DNA of 64,000 bases from Takakia lepidozioides (taxonomy: Eukaryota; Plantae; Bryophyta), in contig CM060732.1 in the NCBI GenBank assembly GCA_030704615.1, positions 61,752,001-61,816,000 on the forward strand, read 5' to 3'. This document shows, one piece after another, positions 1 to 14,104 of this stretch. A model generated the notes under the pieces. That model was not told the origin of the DNA. It made no database searches and was given only the letters and a program-made list of their open reading frames with translations. Each line of letters starts with the position of its first letter. Within the stretch, counting starts at the first letter, position 1. Both the position numbers and the translations under genes were made by a program.

Positions 1-221
1 TTTCCGTTCAACAACTAAGGTATGTGAAGGTGGAACGGAAATGCGGTGCCGCATTTTCTTCCAACAAGTACGGATGTGTAACTTCGTGATGGTACTTAAC
101 GGAAATGCGGCGCCGCATTCGCATTTTCACTCCAACTCATCAGACGCTGGGACAAAAATGCCTTGAAATGTGAACACGTGGAGCAACAGAATTGCGGCAC
201 ATGTCGGCACTCTATCTGACA
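1..221. mobile_element. Probable end of another LTR (ends ...TCTGACA) interrupting element A in its RNase H region
   Basis: Element A's pol homology stops abruptly at a TGACA terminus. The repeated motif AACGGAAATGCGGyGCCGCATT lies upstream. The other end is outside the window. Confidence 0.35.
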
Positions 222-2772
222 GAAGTAGCTCAAGGCAATGCACCACCGCCTTCATTTCTTTCTCGTGCATAGGCCACCGTCGCTCCACTTCATTCAGTTT
301 CTTACTTTTGTAAGGCACTGGACGTCCATCCTGCATGAGTACACCCCCAATTACGAAGTCCGACGCATCTGTATGGATCTCAAATGGACGTCGAACTCCG
401 GAATTTTGAGGACTGGAGCTTCCACCAATTTTGAGGACTGGAGCTTCCACCATCCACCTGCTTCAACTCGGCAAAAGCTTGGCCACAAAAGGTGTTCCAA
501 TACCCAAGCTTTGGATTACACATGAGGTCTGACAGCGGCCCCGCGATCTTGGCGAAATTTCTCACATACTTCCGTAATAGGAGGCGATTCCTAGAAGGAT
601 CGCTCTCCCGGGACCGAAGTCGGAGGCTCCCAGTCCAAATCGCCCTCACTTTCTGTCATCCATTTTGATCCCATCCTGTGTAAATCACATGCCCCATAAG
701 TCCACTTTTTGTGACCCCTAATTCGCACTTTTGAAGCTTTGGGCATACACTTCCCTTCCCGCAATTTCTGGATCCCCCTTTTTAGGTGCTCAAGTGCTTT
801 CCTTTGTTGTTCGATTACCAAGATGTCGTCGATGTAGCACGATCACAAAGTCATCCAACCACTCCTGGAAAAGGCTGTTCATTAGCGTGCTAAAGGTTGC
901 GGGTGCGTTGGTGAGCCCAAAGGCATCACCAAGACTCATATGAACCATACCTTGTCCTGCACGCGGTCTTCTCCTCGTCTCCTTCCGCCACTCGAATTTG
1001 ATGTAGTCAGAGGCGCAAATCGATCCGGCTGAAATACTTCGCTCCTGCCAACCGATCAAGAGGTCGTCGATCCTTGGCAAGGGTACCGGTGTTTTTATAG
1101 TCACCTTATTTAGAGGCCCTGTAATCGACACACATCCGCAACGTCCCATCCTTCTTGTCTGCGAATAGCACCGGGGCTCCGAAGGTGACTTACTCGGCCG
1201 ATGTACCCCTTTGACATTAGATCCTTGAGCTGAGTCCTCACTCGACCACTCTCTGTGGCTCAACCGGTAGGGCGCCTTGGCAGGCGCTCCGATCCCGGTG
1301 ATCACCTCAATCTTGTTGGTCAACTCCTCTTCGCGGTGGCAAGCCGCTTTGTAAATCCTCCGGCATCACATCCTGGTATTTATCCAAAATCCCCTTGATC
1401 CATCTGGGCTCGGCTCCCGATCGCGCTTCTCCCTTCACTTGTCTCACGTAAGCAAAAACTGGGCTTGTGTGGCTCCTCCGGCCCACTCCTTTGCTGAAAC
1501 AGTTTTATTTGCCCGCCCACTGGGTTGGGTGTTTCCGACACTCTTAAAAACTTTGCCACCATTCCCACATGGTAGCTTGACCATTCTCTGCGGCCATCTA
1601 TGACCGCTCCGGATTTTCGCAAATGTCTTCCCAAAATGATATCCCTCCATCGATCCTGCACATGGTGAAGTTCTCACGTCCCTCCCAACTCCCGAGCTGA
1701 AGAGGAACATCGAACGTCAACCTCGTCGCCAATGGTGGTTCTCTTTTGGCAGAACGCACCTCAATAGAGGCCCCCACATCATTTGTCGGGAGTCCAGCTT
1801 CCGTGCCGTTGCCGTGTCATGAAGGAGTGCGACGCTCCTGTGTCCACCAACAACGCACGTTAGTTCCGGAGATTATCCGACTCACAACCATTAAACAACT
1901 CCCTTTACGCAAGGCGCCAGTTTCCTGATACAACTCACAGAGTAGTTTCTACCTTGCAGTCTTGGCGACCACCGCCTCCACCAAGCAGCTGATGGAAGCT
2001 TCGGACAACTCTGTGGTTGCCCGAGTCATGTTCAATTGTCTGGGATTCGTACACTTTTTGGCCATGTGCCCGGGCTCCCCACAATTGAAGCACACTCCAT
2101 CGAAGGTTGCCTTTTGTCCGCCATAAGGCGTCGCACCTGATTTTCTTTTTCGGAGCACCGGGTGTCGTCTTGGCGTGTGAAGGGCCCCCCTCCCTTCGAT
2201 TTCCACATGCCATTGTCGCTGCGTGGCCTATCCCACTCTTCTTTTTTCGGCTCGAAAGAAGTCACCCTCCCGCCGGGTCTTCTTGTGTTCAGCTCCCTCC
2301 GTACGACCTTGTCTTTCGGCCCCTAGGGAGACAAAAATCCGAGAACATTCCCCCTCCTCTTTAATTGCCTCGTTCAAGTCTTGAGGTGGCCTTCCCTCCA
2401 ACTTCCCGCCTGGCCCATGGGGCCAGTCCCGCCACAAAGTTGAAGACCATTTCTGGTTCTGCCATGTCCGCGACTTCGAATAACAACACATTGAAAGCCT
2501 GAACATATCCCCGAATGTCATCCGTTTGCTTTAGATTCCTCATCTTGTCCCGTGCAAGCCATCTTGAGGGGCACAAATTGTCTCTTCATCAGTTCCTTGA
2601 ACCCACTCCAGTTCAAGGTTTCCGGGTTTTGACCTCGGTCGTGAAGGCGTTTTTGCCACCATTGTTGAGCATAGCCCCTCAAATAGGTGGGAGCCACTTC
2701 AACCCGATCCTTGTCACTCAACTTGGCCCGCCGCCCGGAAGTACTGCCTAGCTCCAAGAGCTAGGTGTTGAG
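222..2772 (-). pseudogene. Ty3/Gypsy element A (chromovirus-like) degenerate gag-protease-RT-RNase H
   Basis: Fragments: YLRGYAQQWW (gag), CFNCGEPGHMAKKC (zinc knuckle), PLPRIDDLL and FGLTNAPATF (RT), PFEIHTDASDFVIGGVLMQDG...EKEMKAVVHCL (RNase H). Many frameshifts. Confidence 0.92.
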
Positions 2773-3804
2773 TGTCACGCGGCTTTTACTCACCCATCCC
2801 TTCGCTATCCGAGGCGGAAACTCCAAGATAGAAGAGTTGGAAATCTCTAAGTACTCAGCCGCGCAGAACAATCAGTCATGACCTACAGCTAGTGTATCAT
2901 TGGGGTGTTTCCTATTTGTTTCCCTTTTCGCATTCATCTTAGCTACCTTACCATTGATAATTAAGTATTAGTTTGCTTCATCAATCTATCGGTTTTCTTC
3001 ACTCATCCATTCATCCACAGCTTCACTCAGATCTCTCTACACCGTGTGATTGTATCGTGTAAGTATCAGATTATGATTTATCAGGTATCAGGATCAGGCC
3101 GAAGCCATTATGTCTCTAATCTGCTCTACAATATCACTACCTTCCGCTTTGCATATAACAAGCATCTACTAATCCTCTTTCCTCCTTCACCGTGCTCTCC
3201 GCTTTTTTCCTCTCATCTCCGCTCCCACCTGACTAAGAAGTCCTCCTCCCAATAATGATCCCCTCCATTCCCCGTTTTTCCCTTTATCTTCCTATTCGCA
3301 GTTCTAACCGTTTCCCTCACTAACCGTCGTCTGTGAACTAACATGTTCCCTTCGCAGGTGTTGTTCCCCACAGTCGTTCCCTGTCCTACTCTTTCGTTCC
3401 CTATTATCGTGACAGCTGTGTCAAGCGGTGATTGGCTGTGTTTGGCTGTGTCGGGCTGTGACTGGCTGTTTGGCCTGTGCGGGTTGTGACGGGCTGTGTG
3501 GGCTGGTGTCTGCTGTGACGACTGTGACGGGCTGTGTGGGCTGTGTCTGCTGTGACGACTGTGACGGGCTGTGTGGGCTGTGTCTGCTGTGACGACTGTG
3601 ACGGGCTGTGTTGGCTGTGTGGGCTGTGTCGGCTGTGTGGGGCTGTGACGACTGTGACGGGCTGTGTCGGCTGTGACGACTGTGTAACCCCCCTCTACAG
3701 TGTGCTGGCTGCACCCCTAAGGCCCTGTTGGTCTCAGTCTGTGCAAAAATAGGGTACCCTATAGATCCCGTATAAGTGTCTAAGTCCCCTACAGTCCTCT
3801 AACA
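2773..3804 (-). mobile_element. Gypsy family B 3' LTR (copy B1)
   Basis: Minus strand reads TGTTAGAGG...CCGCGTGACA and is preceded by a polypurine tract AGGGGGAAGGGGTAA (3805-3820). Homologous to 14105-14513 and 15873-16842. Confidence 0.9.
3410..3685 (-). repeat. Degenerate ACAG-anchored 9-10 bp tandem array within the family B LTR
   Basis: Reiterated CTGTG/GCTGTGAC/GGCTGTGT units on the + strand. Confidence 0.9.
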
Positions 3805-3842
3805 TTACCCCTTCCCCCCTCAAAAAGCCGTGTCCTCACGGT

Positions 3843-6382
3843 TTACTGTTTCCGAGTAGCAAACCTTTGTGAGTGAGCACCTTGTTGACGTTGAGAGTTT
3901 CGTGGTGGACTGTGTGTACGAGCCCGAGGTCTGTCTCTGGTTGATGGAGATGGTTGATCACTACCTGGATAAGTGAGGCCTTCTGGAGGCTGATATCGAG
4001 GTAATCTTTCCGGCATAGGAGATCCCCTTTGTTTCTTCTCTCCATCTGAATTGCATAGTCTTCTCTCCCATGTCAAAAAGAATTCTGTGAAGAAACAGTT
4101 GTATCAGAATCCTCATCGCCTCTCAGGTGTTTTGAATTTCGAACTTTTTGTGGAATCATCTGGGGCATACAATGCTGTCCTACCATGTCTGGAAGTTTGT
4201 ATTTTACAACTTGGTGTAACCGCTGAACAGCAAAATTGGTGTAGGCACTGAGCTCCTTGTCTGTCCAGATGAGTGGGGTACCAATTACTGTGTGCAGCGT
4301 GCAAGTACTTCCATGCCAATGTCCCTTATAGAAAATGTCATCAAGTCCGAATTTCTGTGTTGACAAATGGTTGCGGCTGCTTGAAAACCATGAACGAATT
4401 TGAGAATCCTTCTGCATCATAACTTTTGGGTCATATAGGTACATATGAGGTGGCACCGAAGGTAATACCCAAGATCTCCACTGGAGTAACTTTGAAAGCG
4501 TGTTTGCATCTTTTTGTTGCTCAATGTGGTAACGTACCAGAAAACAAGCAACGTAGTATAGCCCGCACCCCATGACAATACTTGCTATCTCCTTGGTCTT
4601 GGTATAAATGAGTCATGTACAAACTTGAAAGCAACCAATTTCCCTCAACATGGTACCTGCCTCGTGCCAGTATTGTGCAAAGTGATGATCTTCAATATGT
4701 CGATTGTTGGGAAGAACTTTAGTCCTAGTTGCCACTGGCAGCCAAATACGCATGATTTGGTAGTAATGTGCGAATGACTGCGGAGGACTAAATTCTTTCC
4801 AAGCCAAATCCAACATGATGGGAATTTGGTTGAAGGGCATAAGCATAGCCCTGCTGTACTCCCTTGCAGCTGGAGTTTTAGGTGGGTTAAAAGCGGCATT
4901 GCCCCATACCTCCGGCTTGGGTGGCTGTGGTGGGGGGGGTGTGTGTTGTAGTAACCACAGGTTCAGCTCCTGGTACACTGACCTGTTGTGGTGGTGGTGG
5001 GTACTGGCTTCCTGTATCATTGGCATCTCCTGCACCTCCTGTGAAGACTGAAAGCCAGAGTTCTGGCTTGCAAATAAGAAGCCATTAGCTGTTCCTGAGG
5101 GATATAGACTCTTTGGTCGATGTTTGAAGTGAGGTCTTCCACTTGAGTCTGGAGTCCGTCTACATCCTCTTGTAACTCTGCTATTCTACTATAGACATTG
5201 TCTATAGTAGTTTGGCAATGTTCTGCCCCTGCAGTCTGAGCTCATTCATCTCGCTTTGGTGAGCTTCCGTGGGCTTTTGCCCTCTACTGGCCCTTGTGCT
5301 AACCAGACGTGCATAAGGCTGTTATCCACCAAGCTGCTTGTGGTTCCCCTGAGAGTTTGCTCCTCTCTTAGCTTGTACAATTCAACTGCTGTTGTCAAGC
5401 CTCCATGCGCTTCGCCTGTGGCTCAACCAATTGCGCATAGGCAGCAAGTAGATTATTGGCTTCCTTCCAAGCCTTGTTACTGACCGGATTTCATTTCTAT
5501 TGGCCACGATGATTTGTTGCAACCTCCACGATGTGTTTCTCTTGATCAGCTTCCATCTGCCTGTATTGCTTGAAAGTATCTTCATTGCGACAGATTTGTA
5601 TTCTTCATATCGACAATGAGCTTCATTGCTCACATTCTCTTCTTCCTCTGCCTTCGTACATTTTTCCGCTGACTGTTTATTTTTCTTTTGTGATTGGTCA
5701 AGCATAGTGTAATGTAGCACATTGTATCGCCATCCTGTTTATGCACTGTCTGCAACTCCGTATGTAGTGCATTCATTCTTGCAACTTGCTTCATGCTGCA
5801 CCCTGGCATTGGTATAGCTTTTGCTTATGTGCTTCGTGCAAACTGGTCTTTTTGCGCGAGGCCTGCCCAATCAATTGTTCTTGGTTGGCCAACTGCCAAA
5901 GCTATTCTGTATTGCCCAGTCCTTGCTTCATCTTGAGAGTTGACCTCTTCATCGACCTTGTTTTGCACACTCAGTGGCAAGTCAAGCCTCAAACTCCTTC
6001 CTGAGTTTCCTCTTTAAAGGCTGCAATTGGGTATTGAACATGGGATTTGACATAAATCCCAAACAAATTAAGTGTCCTGCCTATGGAACTCATCAGCATT
6101 GCCTTTGAGGGTCATATGGTGAGGTTGCTGTGTTCCTGCCTGATCTCACAATATATGTCTCACTAACCATTCAGGCCAATGTCCCACCGGATTTTCTTCT
6201 TCCTGAACTACTTCATCTATCACACGGTTTCTACAGTGCCATGACCTTCCGCTTGTGGTACCTCCGACACAGTGTGTGTATTATATGCAACCTCAGGATT
6301 TCCCTTGGGCAACTGTTGCACCTTTGGAATTTCTGTCTCCTTGACCAGACCAGATATTCATAGAGAAGGTCCCCCTTTCTCT
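3843..6382 (-). pseudogene. Family B 3' accessory ORF, C-terminal part (coiled coil + Pro-rich + W-rich domain), frameshifted
   Basis: Peptides match the + strand copy at 11570-14066 (EVWGNAAFNPPKTPAAREYSRAM, MGCGLYY.ACFLVRYHIEQ, RGSPMPERLPRYQPPEGLTYPGS). Confidence 0.85.
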
Positions 6383-6882
6383 NNNNNNNNNNNNNNNNNN
6401 NNNNNNNNNNNNNNNNNNNNNNNNNNNNNNNNNNNNNNNNNNNNNNNNNNNNNNNNNNNNNNNNNNNNNNNNNNNNNNNNNNNNNNNNNNNNNNNNNNNN
6501 NNNNNNNNNNNNNNNNNNNNNNNNNNNNNNNNNNNNNNNNNNNNNNNNNNNNNNNNNNNNNNNNNNNNNNNNNNNNNNNNNNNNNNNNNNNNNNNNNNNN
6601 NNNNNNNNNNNNNNNNNNNNNNNNNNNNNNNNNNNNNNNNNNNNNNNNNNNNNNNNNNNNNNNNNNNNNNNNNNNNNNNNNNNNNNNNNNNNNNNNNNNN
6701 NNNNNNNNNNNNNNNNNNNNNNNNNNNNNNNNNNNNNNNNNNNNNNNNNNNNNNNNNNNNNNNNNNNNNNNNNNNNNNNNNNNNNNNNNNNNNNNNNNNN
6801 NNNNNNNNNNNNNNNNNNNNNNNNNNNNNNNNNNNNNNNNNNNNNNNNNNNNNNNNNNNNNNNNNNNNNNNNNNNNNNNNNN
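6383..6882. other. Assembly gap (500 N)
   Basis: Run of exactly 500 N; true size unknown. Confidence 1.
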
Positions 6883-9490
6883 TGAAGTTGAGCTGAGGCT
6901 AAGTTTATATACCCAATGAGGTAAACTTGGTGTGTCACCACATTGTTTCAAGAAGAATGGTGTGTAAACTAAAGAGTTTGTGTGAACTAACGAAGCTAAA
7001 TGCTTGTACGAAGAAAGATCCTTTCCCTTTGCCATTCACAGAAGCAGTAATTAGACACTGTGGCAGGCCACTAGATGTACTCATTCATGGATGGCTTCAG
7101 TGGTTAAATCAAGTGCAAGTGGACAGAAAAGACCAAGGAAAACAGCTTTCATCACAGATGGGGTGCTTATGCATAAAAGTCATGCCCTTTGGACTTTGTA
7201 ATGCACCAGCGACTTTCAGAGAGAGAGTGATAAGTGAATTTTTCATGAGTATCTGGATGATTCATTGCAGGTATTCTTGGATGATTTCAGTGTGTAAAGC
7301 TCTTAGAATGAGCACTTGCATAAATTGGAGTTATGTCTGGCCAGATGCAGGATGAGAGGTCTGGGCCTGAATCCAGAGAAGTGTACTTTCTGTGTGAACT
7401 CAGGGGGTGCTTCTGGGACACATGGTGTAAGAGGGGACTTCTTGTGGATCCCAAGGAAGACAGAGGCCATTAAAGCTTCTCCACACCAGTGAATGTTAAG
7501 AGTTAGGAGATTCCTTGGAAAAAACCAGCATTAAGAAGATTTGTCAGACGGTATGCACAGCTAGCAGCACCATTGAGCAAACTTCTGAAGAAAGATGCAG
7601 TGTTTGCATGGACAGCTGAATGTCAACAGGCTTTTGAGGAACTTACTTGTCAAGTAACAACTACAACCTGTGCTGATTAGTCCTCACTGGCATGAAATAT
7701 TTCATGTTCACTGTGATGCATCAGGAGAGAGAAGCACTAGGCAAGCAGTGTTAGCCCAGAATGACAGGAAATATAGATTCACCTGTGTACTATGCTAGCC
7801 GATTGATGAAAAACAAATGCCGAAAGAAATATAGCACAACTGAAAGAGAAAGCATTGGCAATGATCTATGCAGTGAAGAAATTCAGGCATTACCTGTTGG
7901 GCAAGAAAGTTTATGTTTATGTGGATCACCATGCTCTGATATACCTGGTAAACAAAACCTCTGATAAGCGGAAAGGATAGCAAGGTGGTTAATAATCTTG
8001 CACGAGTTTGAGTTTCGAGGTTGTTTACAAGCCTGGGAGACTGCATCTTGTGGGGATCACTTGTCACAGTTCTCAACGGGAGAGAACCAGCCACAGGAGT
8101 AGTAGATGATCAATTACCAGATGCGAGTCTATTTGCAGTAATGGAGGTGCAAGGAAGTGCCAGATGACTGGTTAGATGGCAGTGGCCAATCAGATACTAC
8201 CTTGCTCATGGTCAATGCCCACCAATTATGGAAAGGAGCAAGAGAAAGAGAATGCTATCAAGGCTTTACCTTACACTTGGTAGGGGGAGAGAATGTATAA
8301 GCTAGGACCAGATGGAGTGCTAAAGCGATGCTTATACCACCATGAAGTTAATAAAGTTTTGGAGGAAGTTCATAAAGGAGTGGCAGGAGGTCATTTTGGA
8401 GAAGAGACACCAGTAGGAAGATATTCCTCGCAGGTTACTGGTGGCCTACTTTGTTCAAAGATGTACACAAGTATTGTCAGAGTTGTGATGAATGTCAGAG
8501 GCTAGGACCTTTGCAGAGATTTGGAAAAATGTCTTTGCATCCTACAATGCCTACGGAACCATTTCAGAAATGGGGACTAGACTTTGTTGGACCAATTAAC
8601 CCACCAGCCAAGAATACACAGAACAGGTACATAATTACAGCCACTGATTATACTACAAAGTGGGTGGAAGCTAAAGCTTGAGGGACAACACAGCCAAGTC
8701 CACAGCAAGGTTCTGTATGAGAACATACACGATTTGGCTGTCCCTTGGAATTTATCAGTGATCAGGGAAGTCACTTCATTAATGAGACCATTGAATGTTG
8801 ACTAAAGAGTTCATGATTGTGCATAGGAAGAGTACAACATATTACCACAGGGTAATGGGCAGGCAGAGGCTACCAACAAAATACTATGTACTATCTTGGC
8901 TAAGATAGTCAATGCAAACAGAACGGATTGGGATACAAAGCTGCTGACAGCTTGTGGTCATACAGGACTTCATATAAAGTCACCACTAAGTATACACCAT
9001 TCCAATTAGTTTATGGTATGGAAGCCTTACTTCCAGTGGAATTCATGTTACCTACCATGAGAACGGAAATGGGGAGAGAATGGAATTGCAAGATTCCATT
9101 AAGGTCAGGAAACATGATGAATTATACCATGTGGAAGAAGTACGTTGCTGATGCTGATGCAGCTGATAATATGACCAGAATTCAGATGAAGAGAAAGGAA
9201 CAGTTTGATGAAGGCAAGTTAAAGACTTTTAAGACGGGAGAGATTTGGTTTATGGTTGCAGAAAGAAAGGAAAGATTAAAGCTTCTAAGCTTAAATCACC
9301 ATGGAAAGGACCTTATGTCATACAAAAGATGTATGATAACAACACCGCCATGTTACAAACCATTAACAAAGAAATGGCTGGAAGAGTCAATGCTAATAAG
9401 TTGAAGGGGTATAGTGGTATCCATGACAAAACCATTGACAGCATGATTTGCATGTTGAAACGCAAAAGCAGTCACGGGCTGCACCAGTGA
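6883..9490 (+). pseudogene. Gypsy family B (copy B2) pol: RT, RNase H, integrase; non-chromovirus type
   Basis: [93 protein letters not shown]. No chromodomain, and no room for an extra RNase H between RNase H and integrase. Confidence 0.92.
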
Positions 9491-9554
9491 TACCAACGGA
9501 GTATAGAGCACTTGTCGCTAGGCCGAGCATATATGACCAGGGGGGCCAGAACAA

Positions 9555-9800
9555 GCGCGACACAGCCTATCACAGCCCATCACGGACGACACAGCCTATC
9601 ACAGCCATCAAGGCGCACGACACAGCTATCACAGCCCTCACGTCGGGAACAACATATCACAGCCCAGCACGGAGCAGCAGCAATACAACTATCACAAACT
9701 ACCACAGCGTGTCACAGCCTATCACAGCTTCACAGTGCAACACAACGTATCACGACGTACCACAGTATGACACAGCCTGTCACAGCTAACACAGCCTACT
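9555..9800 (+). repeat. Internal ACAG-anchored ~10-bp array between integrase and the accessory ORF
   Basis: ACAGCCTATC/ACAGCCCATC/ACAGCCTGTC-type units, same core and orientation as the LTR array. Confidence 0.85.
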
Positions 9801-10303
9801 AAGGTTACACAATCCATAGAATCAGTGACAGGTGGGACGTAGGATAACTTCACGGAAATGGCGGGCGGAAGAAGAAAGAACAGAAAGGACGGAAGCCAGT
9901 TTTGAAAAGGGACACGTGGAAGTCAGGGCGCAAACACAGCTGAGAAGGAAGTGCGAGAACGGATGTCATCAAGAAAGAGGACAAGAATGGCCGTCAAAAT
10001 ACCTAATTGCACGTCAATTCGGATGAATGGCGGGCCCATTAATGAATACGAAAAAGGGGCAAACAGAACAAACGGCAAGACAGAAAAGCGAAATTCTTGT
10101 CACATGTGTTATCCTAGTGGACAGTCCAGCAGGAAAGTCCACTAAAGAAAAATTAAATCTAAAATCCAGTCACAGCGGTTACAGCCAATCGAAAGCCAGA
10201 GAAGGGATCAAGAAATTGGAGGGAAATTAAGCGCAAGAGTCGGCGTCGTTCTAAGTAACGGGCGTCGCGACGGGACGAACCATCAATGCGATAGCTTTGA
10301 AGT

Positions 10304-13300
10304 ATGGAGGAACTAACAGACTATACGCTCGCAATATTACTTACGCAGTGGCATAGGGACGAAGAACAGAGCGGATCTCTTTTCTCTTGATCGATGCTTG
10401 CAAGCCCCACAGGCTTACAAGAAATTACCCATAGCTTTTTGTGGCAACCATACGTTTATGCTTTGCCTGCAGGCATAGGCATTTCTTCAATTGTTACAGC
10501 CAAAACATTTCTGTGGGTCTAGAATGAAGAGAGTGAGAGGAATGGAGGAAATCAGGGTGAAGAGCACCACAATCCTGCAGAGACAAACGATTGCTACTCC
10601 ACAGGCGATACAGTACTGGAGGAGCTGATGATTGCAAGGATTGCAAAAGCAAAGATTGGACATTGCACCATAGACAGTACATGTTACAATTCTTGCAGAA
10701 CTTTGAGCCAAGGACAGGACAACAACGGTGAAGGGAGTTGAATTAGTAATTACTCCCCTATACCTACAGCAATTGTTTCGAATTGCCAGCAGGTCAGGTG
10801 CATGTGGAGGAGCACAGGCAAGACTGCAAATAGGGGACTTATTCCAAGAAGGGAGTTTCTTTAAAACTCAGGGTTATGCTTGTACAAGGCCGTGTACCCA
10901 GGGCTAAGGGAGGTAGGCAGGTATTGAACGTTCTGTTTGCCATGAAACAGAACCAACAGTATTTGAGCAGATCCTTCACAGAAGAAATACTCAAAGCCCT
11001 GAGAGGAGAAGAGGTAGAATGGGCGGACGACATAATGTACAACGCACTGGTAGAGAGGAGAAAAAAGATTACAGGGTACTGCCGCAAAGTCTCTCATAGT
11101 GTCTGGCCCAATCATTGCTCAAATAATTCTTGATTCCATGGCATACTTGATGCGCGAGAAAGAAAGGAGATGGAGTGTTTGAGCCAGAAACCACTGCAAT
11201 GGAAGAGCAAGGCTCTTCACACAGTGAGGGTGGACTGGCGGCAACCGAGAAGGAGAGAAGAGAGAGAGAGAAGGAGAGAAGAGGCGGGGAAAGACTGTAG
11301 TGGCGGATCCACTGGCTTCACGGAATCCGCATGATAATGTTTCCCAAGTTTTTGTGCAGGAAGGGGCACAGCAGCACAGAGAACTGCTATTACTGGAAGC
11401 AGGACCTTCAGAGAGGGAAGAGGAAGTTACTTCAGTATCACAGCCATCACAGCCAGAGGATCAGCTTGTCACAAGGTTACCACAAGTTGTCCATGCAGTT
11501 CAACCAGAAATAATTGATTTAGAAAAAGAAGGGTTAGATATTCCCACTACAGAACAGGTGGTGGCAGAAATTGAGAAGGGGGACCTTCTCTATGAATATT
11601 CTGGTATGGTCAAGGACACAGTGATTCCGGAGGTGCAACGGTTGTCCAAGGGAAACCCTGCGGTGCATATAATACACACACCTGTGACGGAGGTACCACA
11701 GGTAGAATGTCAAAACACTGCAGCCGGTGACGGATGAAGTGGTTCAGGAAGAAAATCTGGTGGGGCAATGGCCTGAATGGTTCGTAAGGCATCACACTGT
11801 TGAGGATCAGGGAGAACAACAGCAAGCTCACCAAGATGACCCTCAACAGGCTATGCTTATGAGTTCCATAAACATGACACTGAATTTGTTGGGAACTTAT
11901 GTCAAATCCCATGTTCCCACTACTCAATTGGCAGCGTTGAGGGATGAACTCAAGAAAGAGTTTGAGACTCGACTTGCCACAGAGTGTGCAAACAAGGTCG
12001 ATGAAGAGGTGACTCTCAAGATGCAGCAAGACTTGGAGAGTCAAGAAGCGGCTTTGCAATTGGCCAAGGAACAATTGATTGAGGCAGGCCTCGCACAAGA
12101 CCACTTGCACGAAGCACATAAGCAACAGCTATACCAAATGCAGGTGAAGCATGAAAGCAAGTTGCAAGAAGTGAATGCACTACATATGGAGTTGTAGACA
12201 GTGCATGACAGGATGGCCATACAATGTGCTACACTCACAACTATGCTTGACCAATCTACAAAAGAAATAAACAGTCAAGCGGAAAAATGTACGAAGGCAG
12301 AGGAAGAGAATGTTGAGCAAATGAAACTCATTGTCGATATGAAGAATACAATCTGTCGCAATGAGGATACTTTCAAGCAATACAGGCAGGGTTGAAGCTG
12401 ACCAAGAGAGGCACATCCTGGAGTTGCAACAAACGGTCATGGCCAATAGAAATGAAATCTCGGTCACTAACAAGGCTTGGAAGGAAGCCAATAATCTGCT
12501 TGCTGCTATGGCGAATTTGGTTGAACCTCATGCAAAGCGCATGTAGGCTTTACAATAGCAGTTAGATGTGTACAAACTCAGAGATGAGCACACTCTCAGA
12601 GGAACCACAAGCAACTTGGTGGATAACCACCTTATGCAGGTCTGGTTAGCACAAGGGCCAGTGGAGGGCAAAGCACCACGAAAGCTCACCCAAAGTGAGA
12701 TGAATGAGCTCAGGCTGCAAGTGCAGAACATTGCCACAACTACTATAGACAATGTCTATAGTAGGATAGTGGAGTTACAGGAGGATGTAGACGGCCTGCA
12801 GACTCAAGTGGAGGACCTCACTTCAAATATCAACAAAAGAGTCTATATATCTGAGGAACAGCTAATGGCTTCTTATTTACAAGCCAGAACTTTGGCTTTT
12901 CAGTCTTCTTCACAGGAGGTGCAGGAGATGCCAATGGTACAAGAGCCAGTGCCACCAACACCACAACAAGTCACTGTGCTAGTAGCTGACCCTGTTGTTA
13001 CTACAGCCACACCACAGCCACCACAGCCTGAGGTATGGGGCAATGCTGCTTTTAACCCACCTAAAACTCCAGCTGCAAGGGAGTACAGTAGGGCTATGAT
13101 TATGCCCTTCAACCAAATTCCCATTGTGTTGGATTTGGTTTGGAAAGAATTTAGTCCTCCGCAGTCATTGGCACATTACTATCAAACTATGCGCATATGG
13201 CTTCCAGTGGCAACTAGAACTAAAGTTCTTCCGAACAATTGACCAATTGAGGATCATCACTTTGCACAGTACTGGCATGAGGCAGGTACCATGTTGAAGG

Positions 13301-14066
13301 AATTAATTGCCTTCCAAGTTGTACATGGATGTAGCAAGTATTGTCATGGGATGCGGATTATACTACGCTGCTTGTTTTCTGGTACGTTATCACATTGAGC
13401 AGCACAAGATGCAATCGCGCTTTCTGAGTTATTCCAGTGGGGATCATTGGGTCTTACCTGCAGTGCCACCTCATATGTACCTATATGAGGCAAAAGTTAT
13501 GATACAAAAGGATTCTCAAATTCGTTCATGGTTTCATGCGGCCTGGAACAATTTGTCAACACAGAAATTCGGCCTTGATGATATTTTCTCTAAAGGACAT
13601 GAGGCATGGAAATACTTGCACAATTCACAGGTCATTGGTACCCCACTCACCTGGACAGACAAGGAGCTCAGGGTCTTCACCAATTCAGTGTTTACAGCAA
13701 GTTTTAAAATATAAACTTCCAGACATGGTAGGACAACATTGTATGCCCCAGAGGATTCCACAAAAAGTTCGACAATTAAAACACCTGAGAGGCGATGAGG
13801 ATTCTGATACAACTGTTTCTTTAGCGGATTCTTTTGACATGGGAGAAGACTATGCAATTCAGATGGTAGAGAAGAAGCGACGGGGGTCTCCTATGCCTGA
13901 AAGGTTACCTCGATATCAGCCTCCAGAGGGCCTCACATATCCAGGTAGTGTTCAATCATCTTCGTCAACCAGTGACAGACCTCGGGCTCGTACACACAGT
14001 CCGCCACGAAACTCTCAACGTCAGAAAGGTGCTCGCTCACAAAGGTTTGCTAATCCCAATCAGTAA
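10304..14066 (+). pseudogene. Family B 3' accessory ('env-position') ORF, ~1250 codons when frameshifts are bridged
   Basis: Consecutive sense-strand ORF pieces. The N-terminal part (TTTVKGVELVITPLYLQQLFRI...ALRGEEVEWADDIMYNAL) resembles Athila/SIRE accessory domains, followed by acidic, long coiled-coil, Pro-rich and W/Y-rich regions. Ends just before the PPT. The start codon is tentative. Confidence 0.75.
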
Positions 14067-14104
14067 ACCGTGAGGACACGGCTTTTTGAGAGGGGAAGGG
14101 GTAA

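Noticed and set aside
3421-3752. His/Ser- or Cys-rich proteins (also 9448-9802 and 16417-16782)
   Set aside because: Translations of the ACAG repeat arrays.
6231-7035. Long ORFs in the track
   Set aside because: Artefacts of translating the N gap.
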